Below are positions 17,329-27,121 of a stretch of DNA of 47,092 nucleotides, one piece after another. A program made the translations under genes and the position numbers. The stretch covers positions 1-47,092 of IMG/VR virus record IMGVR_UViG_3300020044_008444; one strand, given 5' to 3'. The stretch comes from a virus (lineage: Duplodnaviria > Caudoviricetes). The notes beneath the pieces were generated by a model. The model saw only the letters and a list, made by a program, of their open reading frames with translations. It was not told where the DNA came from and did not search any database. Every line of letters begins with the position of its first letter. Positions within the stretch are counted from its first letter, which is position 1.

Positions 17329-18768
17329 ATGCCTAAATCTCGTAGTAAGGAAGACTTCTCTAAGATGTCTTTCAATGAGCTGAAAGATGCTCGCACTGTC
17401 CTCACTCCTGTTGTCAACGGCTACTCTCTTCGTGTTGAAGAAGGTAACGCACTGAAAGCTGAAGAACGAGAAATCTTCAACACAGCAGTGACTGAACTCG
17501 AATTCATTAACGAAGTGATTAACGCCAGTGACGGCGGTATGGTTGAACGTGCCCACATTGCAACGATGCCTTCAAACGTCGCCAATGTTGCTAACGTATT
17601 CCACAACCTCACAGGAAACGTCAACGTCAAGCCAAATCATGAAAATGATCCTCGGTACGGCTACGCTCCTGATGATCAGGGTGGCGGTCGTGAATTCCTG
17701 TATGACGTTGCTAACGCATACAAGAACGATTGCAATCCAGAAAAAATCAATCCTCGTCTGCGGTCCATCGTTTGCAACGCAGTGGGCGATGACGAGTACG
17801 CTCGCGGTAACTGGGGTTCTGCTGGTGTTCTGATTCCTGATGCGATGATCAATCGTATTCTGTCTCTGACACCAGAAGCTGACTTCCTCACTCCTCGCAT
17901 GACTCAGATTCCAATGGCTACACCATCGGTATCTATTCCTGCACGCGTAGACAAAAATCATGCTACCAGTGTTACTGGTGGTACACGAGTCTATCGTACC
18001 AGTGAAACTCGTACAGCTGACAAGACGAAAGACGTATTCGAGCTGATCAAGCTTGAAGCAACTGAAATCGTCGGCGAAGCTGCTGCTACGAACATGCTGA
18101 TGAAGTACAGTCCTATCTCCATCCCAGCTCTCATCGAGTCCTCGATGCGTCTGGCAGCTGTTGACAAGCGACTGGACGAACTGATCAACGGTCAGGGTAA
18201 CGGAACTCCTCTGGGCTTCCTGAACGCTGCCAACCTTGCTCTTCTGTCAGTAGACCGTACAGCAGGTCAGGCTGATACAGTGATTGTTAGTGGTCGTGAC
18301 ATTGTTCGTATGACTCAGCGTGTCTGGGGCTACGACAATGCCATCTGGATTGCTAACCACGACATGTACGAAATCCTGTCTCTTGTTTGTCATGAATCGC
18401 CAAACAACGCAGGTATCGTCAAGATGTTTAGTCCGATGAATGATGGTGTTGGTGCCACTCTGTGGGGTCGTCCAATCTTCTTCACAGAATACGCTCCAGG
18501 CATTACTTCTGGTCAGGACGGCAATCAAATCAGCGAGTGGTCTTCTGGTATGCTGAGCTGTGTAAACATGTCTCAGTATCTGTACGGCGAACTCTACACT
18601 GAGTTCAATCGTTCGGTACATGTTCGCTTCTCTGAGCGTGAAGAAGTGTTCCAGTTTGTTACGAGTAACGATGCTCGTCCGTGGTGGAAGACAGTTCTTA
18701 CACCGAAGAAGGGTGTCACAACTCGCAGTCCGTTCGTTACTCTGACCAACACAGACGTATCCGGCTAA
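17329..18768 (+). CDS. Major capsid protein (HK97 fold)
   Basis: AGVLIP, INGQGNGTPLGFLN, TLWGRPIFFTE, SPFVTL; position after the protease. Confidence 0.93.
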   Translation: MPKSRSKEDFSKMSFNELKDARTVLTPVVNGYSLRVEEGNALKAEEREIFNTAVTELEFINEVINASDGGMVERAHIATMPSNVANVANVFHNLTGNVNVKPNHENDPRYGYAPDDQGGGREFLYDVANAYKNDCNPEKINPRLRSIVCNAVGDDEYARGNWGSAGVLIPDAMINRILSLTPEADFLTPRMTQIPMATPSVSIPARVDKNHATSVTGGTRVYRTSETRTADKTKDVFELIKLEATEIVGEAAATNMLMKYSPISIPALIESSMRLAAVDKRLDELINGQGNGTPLGFLNAANLALLSVDRTAGQADTVIVSGRDIVRMTQRVWGYDNAIWIANHDMYEILSLVCHESPNNAGIVKMFSPMNDGVGATLWGRPIFFTEYAPGITSGQDGNQISEWSSGMLSCVNMSQYLYGELYTEFNRSVHVRFSEREEVFQFVTSNDARPWWKTVLTPKKGVTTRSPFVTLTNTDVSG

Positions 18769-18860
18769 TAGTTAGTTAGCCTGCTTCCCCGGAGTTTATA
18801 CGTTCTCCTCTACCAAAAACGTATCCTTCTTTCCAAAATCTTCCATAAAGGAATCGTCAT

Positions 18861-19313
18861 ATGACTCTTCGTTACAATCATCAAGGCAGTACGCTGTACA
18901 TCGAGCCGCTCGGTGACATCACCATGACTGCTGGTCCAGATACGCTCAAGCGTATTAACCTGATCACTTTCGGTCAGATCAAACGTGCAACACTGGTAAT
19001 CAATGCAGCTACACTCACAGCAGCTGCAACAGTGATTGCTTACATCGGTACTACCGGCACAGGTGGTACGGACACAGCAATCGCCACCATCACCTGCCCT
19101 ATCGTTGCTTCATCTGCAGGTGACTACACTCTCGAAATTCCAGCTGAGCTTATTGCTCACTACGAAGATCGAAACGGTGGTCCGGGCACTGCTAAGTCTC
19201 TGGCATTCAAAATCGACGGTGCCAACACTGATACGATTCAGGCTGCCATCGTCATTGAACGTCTGCACGCTTATGTTGACCAGACTCCTGCTGACGTAAC
19301 CGCCACTACTTAA
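18861..19313 (+). CDS. Probable capsid decoration/auxiliary protein
   Basis: Immediately follows the capsid gene, shares its RBS motif, and is followed by hairpins. Confidence 0.55.
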   Translation: MTLRYNHQGSTLYIEPLGDITMTAGPDTLKRINLITFGQIKRATLVINAATLTAAATVIAYIGTTGTGGTDTAIATITCPIVASSAGDYTLEIPAELIAHYEDRNGGPGTAKSLAFKIDGANTDTIQAAIVIERLHAYVDQTPADVTATT

Positions 19314-19338
19314 TCTGTCAGGGCTTGCCTTGACAACA

Positions 19339-19380
19339 CCTGTGTCTGATTCTTGGGGCGTCAGGCACAGGTTATTTCTT
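19339..19380 (+). terminator. Terminator-like hairpin
   Basis: ACCTGTGTCTGA...TCAGGCACAGGT followed by TATTTCTT. Confidence 0.6.
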
Positions 19381-19393
19381 CAGGAGAATTTCA

Positions 19394-20071
19394 ATGCCGA
19401 TGGTGATTGACAGAAGCACTGAGTCAGCAATATCAACTCTGTTTGATGCTGACTTCATGAAACGCTTAAAGCAATACCTCGGCTTTGATCCTGACACTCC
19501 TAAAGACGATCTGCCTCTTGATGTTGATGATCTGCTTCGTCAGGCAGTTGGAACGTGTGAAACCGAACAATGGAGGTTCATTCTCCCTAAACAGGTTACG
19601 CTCTATCTGCCTTACGAAGCTTTCTGTGATTGGGACAAAATGGTATTCCTGCCATTTGGTCCTATTGTCCTGCCTCAGTCTGGTAATGCTCTTCGCACAT
19701 TCACATTCATCGATAACAACGATACAACACAAACCGTCACACAGACATCAATCCGTCGTTACAACGGCGAACCAATTCGTTTGTGGTGTGATGATTGGGA
19801 TGCCATTCTCCCAAACATCAAACAGAACGATCCATACCCCGTAACTATCACCTACTATGCTGGATACACCAGCTATGCTCAGGTGCCTTACTCAACAATC
19901 AATGCTCTGAAGATATTGTGCTACCACTTCAACACCTTCAGAGAAGCAATCGACGGTACAAAAACTGGATTACCAGAAGCGTACAAACACAACAGAGATC
20001 ACAACCTGCTCAATGACTACAGAGCTATTCGTTACGTAGCTGACGATTGGAAGAAAGTTAGCAGCAGATGA
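19394..20071 (+). CDS. Head-tail connector (gp6-like)
   Basis: LKQYL, VTITYYAGY...VP...ALKILCYHF...RE. Confidence 0.8.
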   Translation: MPMVIDRSTESAISTLFDADFMKRLKQYLGFDPDTPKDDLPLDVDDLLRQAVGTCETEQWRFILPKQVTLYLPYEAFCDWDKMVFLPFGPIVLPQSGNALRTFTFIDNNDTTQTVTQTSIRRYNGEPIRLWCDDWDAILPNIKQNDPYPVTITYYAGYTSYAQVPYSTINALKILCYHFNTFREAIDGTKTGLPEAYKHNRDHNLLNDYRAIRYVADDWKKVSSR

Positions 20072-20475
20072 CACGCAAAGAACGTCCCAACATAAACCGT
20101 AGATGTCGATTCTACAAATACGGTGTGGTTCTGAAAGACAGCGAACCTGTCACAAATGAATACGGTGAATTGAAACAGGAGTTCTCTCTTACAGCAATTG
20201 GACTGTTTGCAAAAGAGAAGCCTTTCAAAGCTCAGGAAGCTGAAGAAGGCGACAGAACAATCAACGAACAACGTCACATGCTGACAGGACGTTACACTAC
20301 TTCTCTCAGTAAAGTTACAGGGGATCAATACTGTTACATTCTCTCTGAAAGAAAGTTGTACGCTGTCCTCGGTAACGCAACAGATCCTTACGGAAACATG
20401 CAGGACATTCAGATTCAGATTGTTGACAACGTAACACAGGATATAGCATCAAAGTTCCCCGGAGCACCAGTGTGA
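20068..20475 (+). CDS. Head closure protein
   Basis: NEYGE motif; size and position. Confidence 0.65.
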   Translation: MTRKERPNINRRCRFYKYGVVLKDSEPVTNEYGELKQEFSLTAIGLFAKEKPFKAQEAEEGDRTINEQRHMLTGRYTTSLSKVTGDQYCYILSERKLYAVLGNATDPYGNMQDIQIQIVDNVTQDIASKFPGAPV

Positions 20476-21164
20476 GCAATGGCTTAATAAAACTCACGAT
20501 TCCACCTAGTCTTCGACCAGTAATCGAAGCTTTGGCACGTGAGGCTACACCAGCCATCCGAGCATCAATGCGAGCTGCTATGAGTCCTGCCAGAGCACAC
20601 ATGAAAGCTCTGATCAACACAGACACGATGCAGAGTAAACAGAGTACAGGAGCAACTTACAGAGCTGTAGTAAGTAAGCACGGACAGAGTAAGAAAAACA
20701 GAAACGTCTTCTACGCAATGGTAGGTGTTTCTCGTCGAGTATCAGAAGAACACTACCTTCCTTCTCATCCAGCTTCTCAAGGTCAGTCAACAAAGAAGAA
20801 ACAAGGCAAGGCAACAGGCAGAGGTTTGTATGCTTTGCAGGCTAAGTTCAAGAAGAACAAACGCCATCCAAGTAAGAATGTAATCAAGACAAAACAGGTG
20901 TTCTCTCGGATCAAACAACTTTCTCTCAGTAGTGCTTCAAAGAAACGTGGATTCATTCGGAGAACACCTAATAAGTACTTCCATCTGCTTGAAAGAGGAT
21001 TTGTCCACAGAACAGGCGTAGTGACCAGAGCTTACAGATGGAGAGAACGAACAGCCAACGCAACCAAAGATGAAGTGATCAGTGTGTTTAAGGAACGTCT
21101 AAAAGTTGCAATCACAGTAGCAATACTCAAACACATGCACAGGGCAAGTCGTGACGCCTCATAA
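20472..21164 (+). CDS. HK97 gp10-like neck/tail component
   Basis: Basic protein; TG.TYRAV, YFHLLERG; position. Confidence 0.65.
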   Translation: MSNGLIKLTIPPSLRPVIEALAREATPAIRASMRAAMSPARAHMKALINTDTMQSKQSTGATYRAVVSKHGQSKKNRNVFYAMVGVSRRVSEEHYLPSHPASQGQSTKKKQGKATGRGLYALQAKFKKNKRHPSKNVIKTKQVFSRIKQLSLSSASKKRGFIRRTPNKYFHLLERGFVHRTGVVTRAYRWRERTANATKDEVISVFKERLKVAITVAILKHMHRASRDAS

Positions 21165-21636
21165 CCTACGCAAATGTCTCAAATCATTCTTCGACACAAT
21201 CACGGTTGTGAAGAACTACTACATCGATGAATGCCCTCCATTCGATGCAGCTCCTAACAAAGAAGGATTCTTTGTATGGGACACTGAAGAGCACATGTTT
21301 CAGGAGTGTTCTGAAGGACTCGGATACTCTGGTGATGTAGGTGGAACCAACACAAACAACTACATCACCATCATGTTTCAGTTGGAAGTTACATGCTACT
21401 CAAATAGATTTGCTATCCGAGCTGACATAGCAAATCTTGTCTTCGATCTTCTGTACCCAATCGTCTCAGGTGTCCGAACCCCACTGAGAGGATTAGCCAT
21501 CACTAACGGGTTCATCAACCATGTTAAGCACGTCTCTACATCGGAGTTCGATGTTCAGAAGACAGGCCAATCAACTCCAGAAATGTCAGCAGCTGTGCTG
21601 ACTTTCGATTGTTCATTCTCAGTAAAGGAACTATGA
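21151..21636 (+). CDS. Tail terminator-like protein
   Basis: Position before the tail tube gene; size. Confidence 0.55.
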   Translation: MTPHNLRKCLKSFFDTITVVKNYYIDECPPFDAAPNKEGFFVWDTEEHMFQECSEGLGYSGDVGGTNTNNYITIMFQLEVTCYSNRFAIRADIANLVFDLLYPIVSGVRTPLRGLAITNGFINHVKHVSTSEFDVQKTGQSTPEMSAAVLTFDCSFSVKEL

Positions 21637-21637
21637 T

Positions 21638-22135
21638 ATGAGAGACGCAAGCCGTATCCGGATCAAACTACCACTCATTGATGACACAGGTGATGGTACG
21701 CCGACAGCCAGCACTAACACCTACGTCTGTGTTACAGGCAACGTATCGTGGTCTGGTTTTACACGTGATGTTGTGCGTACTGACTGCTCGGAAACCACTC
21801 TGGATGCCTTTGGTAATCTGATCAAAGCATTCATCGGCGGTAAAGAGCTTGACATGGGAGAACTCAGCTTTGATGCTGATTGGGATCCAAATATTTACAC
21901 CGCTGCTGGTGGTCGTCTGTACGCAGCATTCAAGTCTGGTCTTGTCGGCAACTACCTGATGGAATTTCCAAAGAATGCCACAGAAACTACTGCTGGACCT
22001 GTTCTGACAATCCCAGCGTGTGTAACCAAATTTACTCCTATGACTGCCTCCATGAGCACAGGTGACGAATCTCGCTCTCGATGCAGCATCACTCTGAAAA
22101 TTGCTGGTGACGTAACTGTCGCAGCAGGTTCATAA
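21638..22135 (+). CDS. Major tail tube protein
   Basis: FIGG...DMGELSF...WDP, SITLKIAG; position. Confidence 0.8.
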   Translation: MRDASRIRIKLPLIDDTGDGTPTASTNTYVCVTGNVSWSGFTRDVVRTDCSETTLDAFGNLIKAFIGGKELDMGELSFDADWDPNIYTAAGGRLYAAFKSGLVGNYLMEFPKNATETTAGPVLTIPACVTKFTPMTASMSTGDESRSRCSITLKIAGDVTVAAGS

Positions 22136-22161
22136 CACTTTCTGTTATAAGGATAGCCCCA

Positions 22162-22590
22162 ATGTCTTTCGATCTGTTCCAAGGTATGTTCAACGTACAT
22201 CCTCTCGGGAAGTATTGTTTGAAGGAACCGTCAACCCAGCTGTTCGTTCAAGCGGGACGTAAAGTAAAGCTCATCACAGATGCAGAAGGTACATACCCTG
22301 TAAATCTGTGGAGAACAATTTACGTCCTTGCTTCGATTCATATGTATGACGAAGAGACAAAACAATGCGGCCAATCAATTGCTGCAATGTTCTACAAATC
22401 TCTTCACCCAGAATCTATTCTGGACACAGCAGACCTGATCTTCGAAGTCATTCCTGACGACGAATTCGTTAAGTTCTTGGAAGCCGTTGCCGAAGCTATT
22501 CCTATCAGTAAAATGTTGGAATGGTCAGGCATCATCAATGACAAGCTCATCATCACTCCAGAACGTAAGGAAGCAGTAAAAAACTCCTGA
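22162..22590 (+). CDS. Tail assembly chaperone (gpG-like)
   Basis: Between tube and tape measure; ends at a slippery site. Confidence 0.75.
   Translation: MSFDLFQGMFNVHPLGKYCLKEPSTQLFVQAGRKVKLITDAEGTYPVNLWRTIYVLASIHMYDEETKQCGQSIAAMFYKSLHPESILDTADLIFEVIPDDEFVKFLEAVAEAIPISKMLEWSGIINDKLIITPERKEAVKNS
22578..22584 (+). other. Programmed -1 frameshift site A AAA AAC
   Basis: X XXY YYZ heptamer in frame; the -1 frame is open (LLTPNNDEWFI) into ORF 22617..22913. Confidence 0.8.
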
Positions 22591-22616
22591 CCCCCAACAA
22601 TGACGAGTGGTTCATA

Positions 22617-22913
22617 ATGCACTTGTCAACCCGTTGGGGGGTTCCGAGCTGGGTGATACGCAACCTGCCTGCTCAAGAATTCATTCGTCAGAAACTCTTT
22701 TGGGAAGCTCACTCGTGGGGAATGCAGGACGATCTTGCTGCCATGACAGCTTCCCAAATTCATTCTCAGCGAGTAGGTAAACTCCCAATTGATGCAAGAG
22801 ACATAAAGTCGATTGCTACCAGTGATTGTAAATTCGTTCCTTACATAGTCGAAGATCCTATGACTCTAAGGGACCAGATATTTAATGTTCTGCAAACGAT
22901 GGGGAAAGTCTGA
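22617..22913 (+). CDS. Tail assembly chaperone, frameshift extension (gpT-like)
   Basis: -1 frame relative to the upstream chaperone; abuts the tape measure start. Confidence 0.7.
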   Translation: MHLSTRWGVPSWVIRNLPAQEFIRQKLFWEAHSWGMQDDLAAMTASQIHSQRVGKLPIDARDIKSIATSDCKFVPYIVEDPMTLRDQIFNVLQTMGKV

Positions 22914-25708
22914 TGGCTGAAAGCATTCATGACTGGGCAGTGAAGTTGGGGATGGTTGTTGACAACGCATCCATCTCAGCTGCTGAAAAGCTGATGGACA
23001 ACTTCGCTGCCTCCACCGTCAAGAGCAACGATCGTATCAAAGCATCTAATGAAGAACGTGCTAGAGCTGAACAACAAGCTCAGAAGATGCGTGAGGGAGA
23101 AAAAATCAGACAGGCTAACCTGTCTATGGAAGACTCCACAGAAGAACGTAAGGTAAAGCTGGGCGGATTATTTGCAGCTGGTGCTGTCAGTGCTCAGTTG
23201 TTCGTTACCGAACTGAAGAACATCAACGCTGAATATCGACAGATGGCCTCTGTTGATACACCAGCTGTTGCTAAGTTTGGGGCAGGCGTACAAGCTCCCT
23301 CATTTGAAGCTGAAGCAGCTAGAGCTTCTGAGCTTGCCAACCTTAAAGCCGACATAATTGCTCGCAGTCGAATTGCTGCTCAACAGGCAGCAGATGAGCA
23401 GGTAGCAGCTGACAACGCAGCTCTACTCTCCTTCCAAGCAAACTCTATGCGTCGTCTTCAGGACGAACAGCAGTCAGCTCAGCAGCTGAGAGAGATGCGT
23501 GACTACTACAGAGCACAGGAAGTTGAAGCTGCTCGTACAGCCGCAGATCAAATTGCTGCTGCTGAAAATGCTGCTGCAGATCAGCAAGCTGCTCGTATTG
23601 CTGCGTACAACAGAGAAGTACGTAGAGAAAATAATGATCGATGGAAAGAGTCTGTCAACGCAGCTGCTACAGCATCAGACAGAGAACGTCAGATTGAAGA
23701 AGCGAACGCTGCTGCTTCTCGACAGCAAGCAACTCGAACAGCTGCCTTTGATAGAGAACAGCGTAGAGCAGCTAACGACAGATGGAAAGAGTCTGTCGAT
23801 AACGCAGGTAGAGCTTCTGCAGCAGATCGTGAAGCAGCTACGCAACGTGAAAATCTCGATCGTCAGCAGGCTGCAAGGACGGCAGCGTACAATAGGGATC
23901 AACGCAGAGCTGCTAATGATACGTGGAAGTGGCAACAGGATCAGATTGGTGCTAGAGCTTCCAATGCTCGTGCTGCCGCTGCAGAAGCTGCTCAGGTAGC
24001 CAGAGTCAATGCTCTACTCCAGCAGTATGGTAATCATGCCGAGAACGTAGCAGCAGACATTGCTTTCCTTAACGCTGCTCATCAGCGGGGTGCAATCTCT
24101 ACTCAGCAGCATGGTGTGGCTATTGCCGAAGCAACACGTCGCATGAATGCTATGCAGGGCGGTGCGGGCAACATGGGCTACGCTATTGGCGAACTTGCTC
24201 GTGGTGCTGAAGACTTCATCACAGTTATGTCTATCACAGGCTTCAGTGCCGAGTCTTTCGGTATGGCTGTGCGTGGTGCAGGCAACAACATCAGTCAGGC
24301 TACTAATCTGATTTCTGGTCCCCTTACTGGTGCTGCTGTGGGTATTGCTGCTATTCTCGGTGGGCAGTTAGTGACCTCTTTAATGAGGAGCAATGAAGAA
24401 ACCGGCAATTGGAATAAAGCTCTCAAAGAGACTACAGAACGTCTTGAGGCCATTGCTAAGTTCAAAACATCAGAGCTGGAAACATCTTTCGCAGTGCAGG
24501 ATGTGAGCAAAGATGATGTCTTCAAAAATTCTGAAGGTATCCGCGATGGTGTACGGGAGATGGAAATACTCAAATCGCAGATAAATGAAGGCGAAGAGAG
24601 TATGCGAGCATTCAATGGAGAAATGCTTAAAATAGCATTAGGCAATGGTGCTGCTCAAGAACTTGAAAATGCTTTTAGTGACTTAGGTGAACTAGGATTT
24701 GGCAAATTAGAAACAAAATTCAGAAATGAATTTAAGAACATATCTGATGTTATGGCTGATCAGATAAATAAGGGCATTGCTCCTGACGCAGCATTCGGAA
24801 CATTTAAAGAACGAATGCGTATTCTTACTACTGATTTGAGTAATGAACTCCTTCCGAAAAAGCACACTCCGGGGCAAGAAGGTCCAGTCTTATTAGCAAA
24901 TAATCCTGCTGATGTTCAAGCTCAGATCGATTCTTTGAAACAGGTAGCTGAGTTGGACGAAGATGGTAAGTCTCGCCTTAAAGAGTTGATTAAACTTCGA
25001 CAAAACCTTGATGCTGTTGAAGCGATCCAAGCAGAAAGACAGGCACAACAAGCTAAAAAATTAGCAGAGTTTGAGTCAAAACGTGACATAGACCACTGGC
25101 GGCGATTAGCTGTAATCAATGCCACATCTCAAGCTGAAAAAGACGCAGCGGAAGACTCAATTAGATTTTACAAAGCTATAGACGAGTATAGAGAGTCTGG
25201 AATGGGACATCTACAATCCATCCGACTTGCCACAACTGATCGAGATCAAGCAAAAGAATTAAGAGATGCAGAACGAGAACGGGCATCCTTACAAGAACAG
25301 GAAGTTGAAAACGCCAACACACTCAAATCTCTTAAAAAAGACTTGATGGATGTCGATGAACTTGCATTGCTCCAACTCATGACAGCCGAAGAACGTAAGG
25401 CTTATGAATGGGCTAAGAAGCGTGCTGAGATAATGATCACAGGTGCTGCCAGTCCGGGTGAGCTTGAAAATATATTTGCTCAGCAAGCCAACTTCCGAAT
25501 GGCAGAGATTGATCAGGAGTTCAAGAAGTCTGCTCCAGCATACCAGACAGCAGGTAGCAATTTGGCTCAGACAACAGCTTCTATGAATTCAGAGATTCTT
25601 AGAGGTATGGGACAAACAAAAGATAAAGATATGATTAGTGAGTTGAAAGCAATCAAAGAAGCTCTCACTAATCCTCGTGGTGGTATCAAGTTAGTAGAGG
25701 TGGACTGA
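22913..25708 (+). CDS. Tape measure protein
   Basis: 931 aa, Ala/Gln/Glu-rich helical protein with a central hydrophobic segment; position. Confidence 0.88.
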   Translation: MAESIHDWAVKLGMVVDNASISAAEKLMDNFAASTVKSNDRIKASNEERARAEQQAQKMREGEKIRQANLSMEDSTEERKVKLGGLFAAGAVSAQLFVTELKNINAEYRQMASVDTPAVAKFGAGVQAPSFEAEAARASELANLKADIIARSRIAAQQAADEQVAADNAALLSFQANSMRRLQDEQQSAQQLREMRDYYRAQEVEAARTAADQIAAAENAAADQQAARIAAYNREVRRENNDRWKESVNAAATASDRERQIEEANAAASRQQATRTAAFDREQRRAANDRWKESVDNAGRASAADREAATQRENLDRQQAARTAAYNRDQRRAANDTWKWQQDQIGARASNARAAAAEAAQVARVNALLQQYGNHAENVAADIAFLNAAHQRGAISTQQHGVAIAEATRRMNAMQGGAGNMGYAIGELARGAEDFITVMSITGFSAESFGMAVRGAGNNISQATNLISGPLTGAAVGIAAILGGQLVTSLMRSNEETGNWNKALKETTERLEAIAKFKTSELETSFAVQDVSKDDVFKNSEGIRDGVREMEILKSQINEGEESMRAFNGEMLKIALGNGAAQELENAFSDLGELGFGKLETKFRNEFKNISDVMADQINKGIAPDAAFGTFKERMRILTTDLSNELLPKKHTPGQEGPVLLANNPADVQAQIDSLKQVAELDEDGKSRLKELIKLRQNLDAVEAIQAERQAQQAKKLAEFESKRDIDHWRRLAVINATSQAEKDAAEDSIRFYKAIDEYRESGMGHLQSIRLATTDRDQAKELRDAERERASLQEQEVENANTLKSLKKDLMDVDELALLQLMTAEERKAYEWAKKRAEIMITGAASPGELENIFAQQANFRMAEIDQEFKKSAPAYQTAGSNLAQTTASMNSEILRGMGQTKDKDMISELKAIKEALTNPRGGIKLVEVD
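23582..23950 (+). repeat. Three 141-nt (47-aa) repeats in the tape measure gene
   Basis: QQA.R.AA(Y/F).R..RR..ND.WK starting at 23582, 23723 and 23864. Confidence 0.85.
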
Positions 25709-26751
25709 TGGCTGCAGGCATTAAGAAGATTCATGGCTTCCTTCAGGAAGAGCAGGATATTCGTCCTTTCTTCAATCGCACTGAGATTAAAGAAGTAGTT
25801 CGTGTTGAAATGAACACGACTAACTTTGGTCTTCAGGACAATGCGATTGATATGATTGAGTTCCTGCCTTCCTTCGCCTCTGGTCCGGGCGATCCAAGTA
25901 TCAATCCTCTACAGATCACGTTCACGTTGTACCAATCGCCTCACCCCAAAGCTGCGAGCTTAGTTCTGCTCGAATGCTCCGGTATCAAGCGTGTCTCAGG
26001 TAGTGGTACGTTCTATGACGTAACATTAAACTACGGCAACTTCATTCCCGGTGAAATCACCACCGTAGAGAACTCCAATAGCCCTAATCCCGGCACACCT
26101 ATTGTTAGTCCTCTGCAGCAACCACCTGTATGGTCTTCCAGCAGCAACATTGTCCAGAAGCAGACAATGACTAAACCAAATGGAGATCCTATTATACATG
26201 AGAACGGATTAGCTCTTACTTCGCCTATAACCTACGAAGAATCTCATACAGTCCATACATGGAGCTTTAATGTCAACTACACCAATATTAACTACAGCAG
26301 TGACATTGCTTCTTACGTTGGTTTTGTAGGTAAAAAAACAGACACATTATTCGGTATTAGAGCTTCCTATTGGAAGTTCACCGCAGCTTCAGCTCAGGAA
26401 ATGCGTGAAAGCTATGGAACAGGTAAGCAAAGAGTTAAATTCCACTACTTAAAATGCCAAGTAAGTTTTGAGTACAATCCAAGTGACTGGGTAAATGATG
26501 CAAAACTCTTTTCTCGAAGCACCTACCAAAGAGTGAATGGTAAGCTCATCCCAATTAAAATCAATGACTTAGGAGACAGAGCACAAGAACCGTGGACACT
26601 ACAGATCAAAGAACCTGATGGCGACTGTTTTGCTGTACCTTATAACGTAAACCCCCCCGATACGAGTCTGTACGCTGAACTTAAAACAGGCTACCCACAG
26701 ACAGCAAACATCGGTATTGTTCCTTCAACTTATGGATTGAGCATACCATGA
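25708..26751 (+). CDS. Tail tip / distal tail protein
   Basis: Directly after the tape measure gene; beta-rich. Confidence 0.6.
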   Translation: MAAGIKKIHGFLQEEQDIRPFFNRTEIKEVVRVEMNTTNFGLQDNAIDMIEFLPSFASGPGDPSINPLQITFTLYQSPHPKAASLVLLECSGIKRVSGSGTFYDVTLNYGNFIPGEITTVENSNSPNPGTPIVSPLQQPPVWSSSSNIVQKQTMTKPNGDPIIHENGLALTSPITYEESHTVHTWSFNVNYTNINYSSDIASYVGFVGKKTDTLFGIRASYWKFTAASAQEMRESYGTGKQRVKFHYLKCQVSFEYNPSDWVNDAKLFSRSTYQRVNGKLIPIKINDLGDRAQEPWTLQIKEPDGDCFAVPYNVNPPDTSLYAELKTGYPQTANIGIVPSTYGLSIP

Positions 26752-27113
26752 CACAAGAATTCGGTGTATATGACCCGGCTACAGCAAAAGAGATCAAACG
26801 TCGTGTAATGGGGGACTCTCGCAGCACAAAGCTCGGGTACGACTCCGAATCAAGACCTCTACAATCAGAATACTACGGCGTACTTACTGAAAATTTAGCA
26901 GCAGCTACAAATCCTTACGCTGGTTGGACAAAAGCAAATGTTAGAATTCTTATGTACTCTGACTACAGTGCTCGTAACATGGTGCCTGCAAGCGGAGATG
27001 AAGCGTTAATTGAAGCAGTGAACAGGTCTACAAGTTTGAGTGCGTCTTCTGGTAAATTCGTCATAATTAAACAAATTATGAACGAATGGGCTTTTATTTG
27101 GGTAGATTGTTGA
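26748..27113 (+). CDS. Tail-associated protein
   Basis: Coupled to the upstream gene; ends WVDC. Confidence 0.6.
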   Translation: MTQEFGVYDPATAKEIKRRVMGDSRSTKLGYDSESRPLQSEYYGVLTENLAAATNPYAGWTKANVRILMYSDYSARNMVPASGDEALIEAVNRSTSLSASSGKFVIIKQIMNEWAFIWVDC

Positions 27114-27121
27114 GGTGTACT

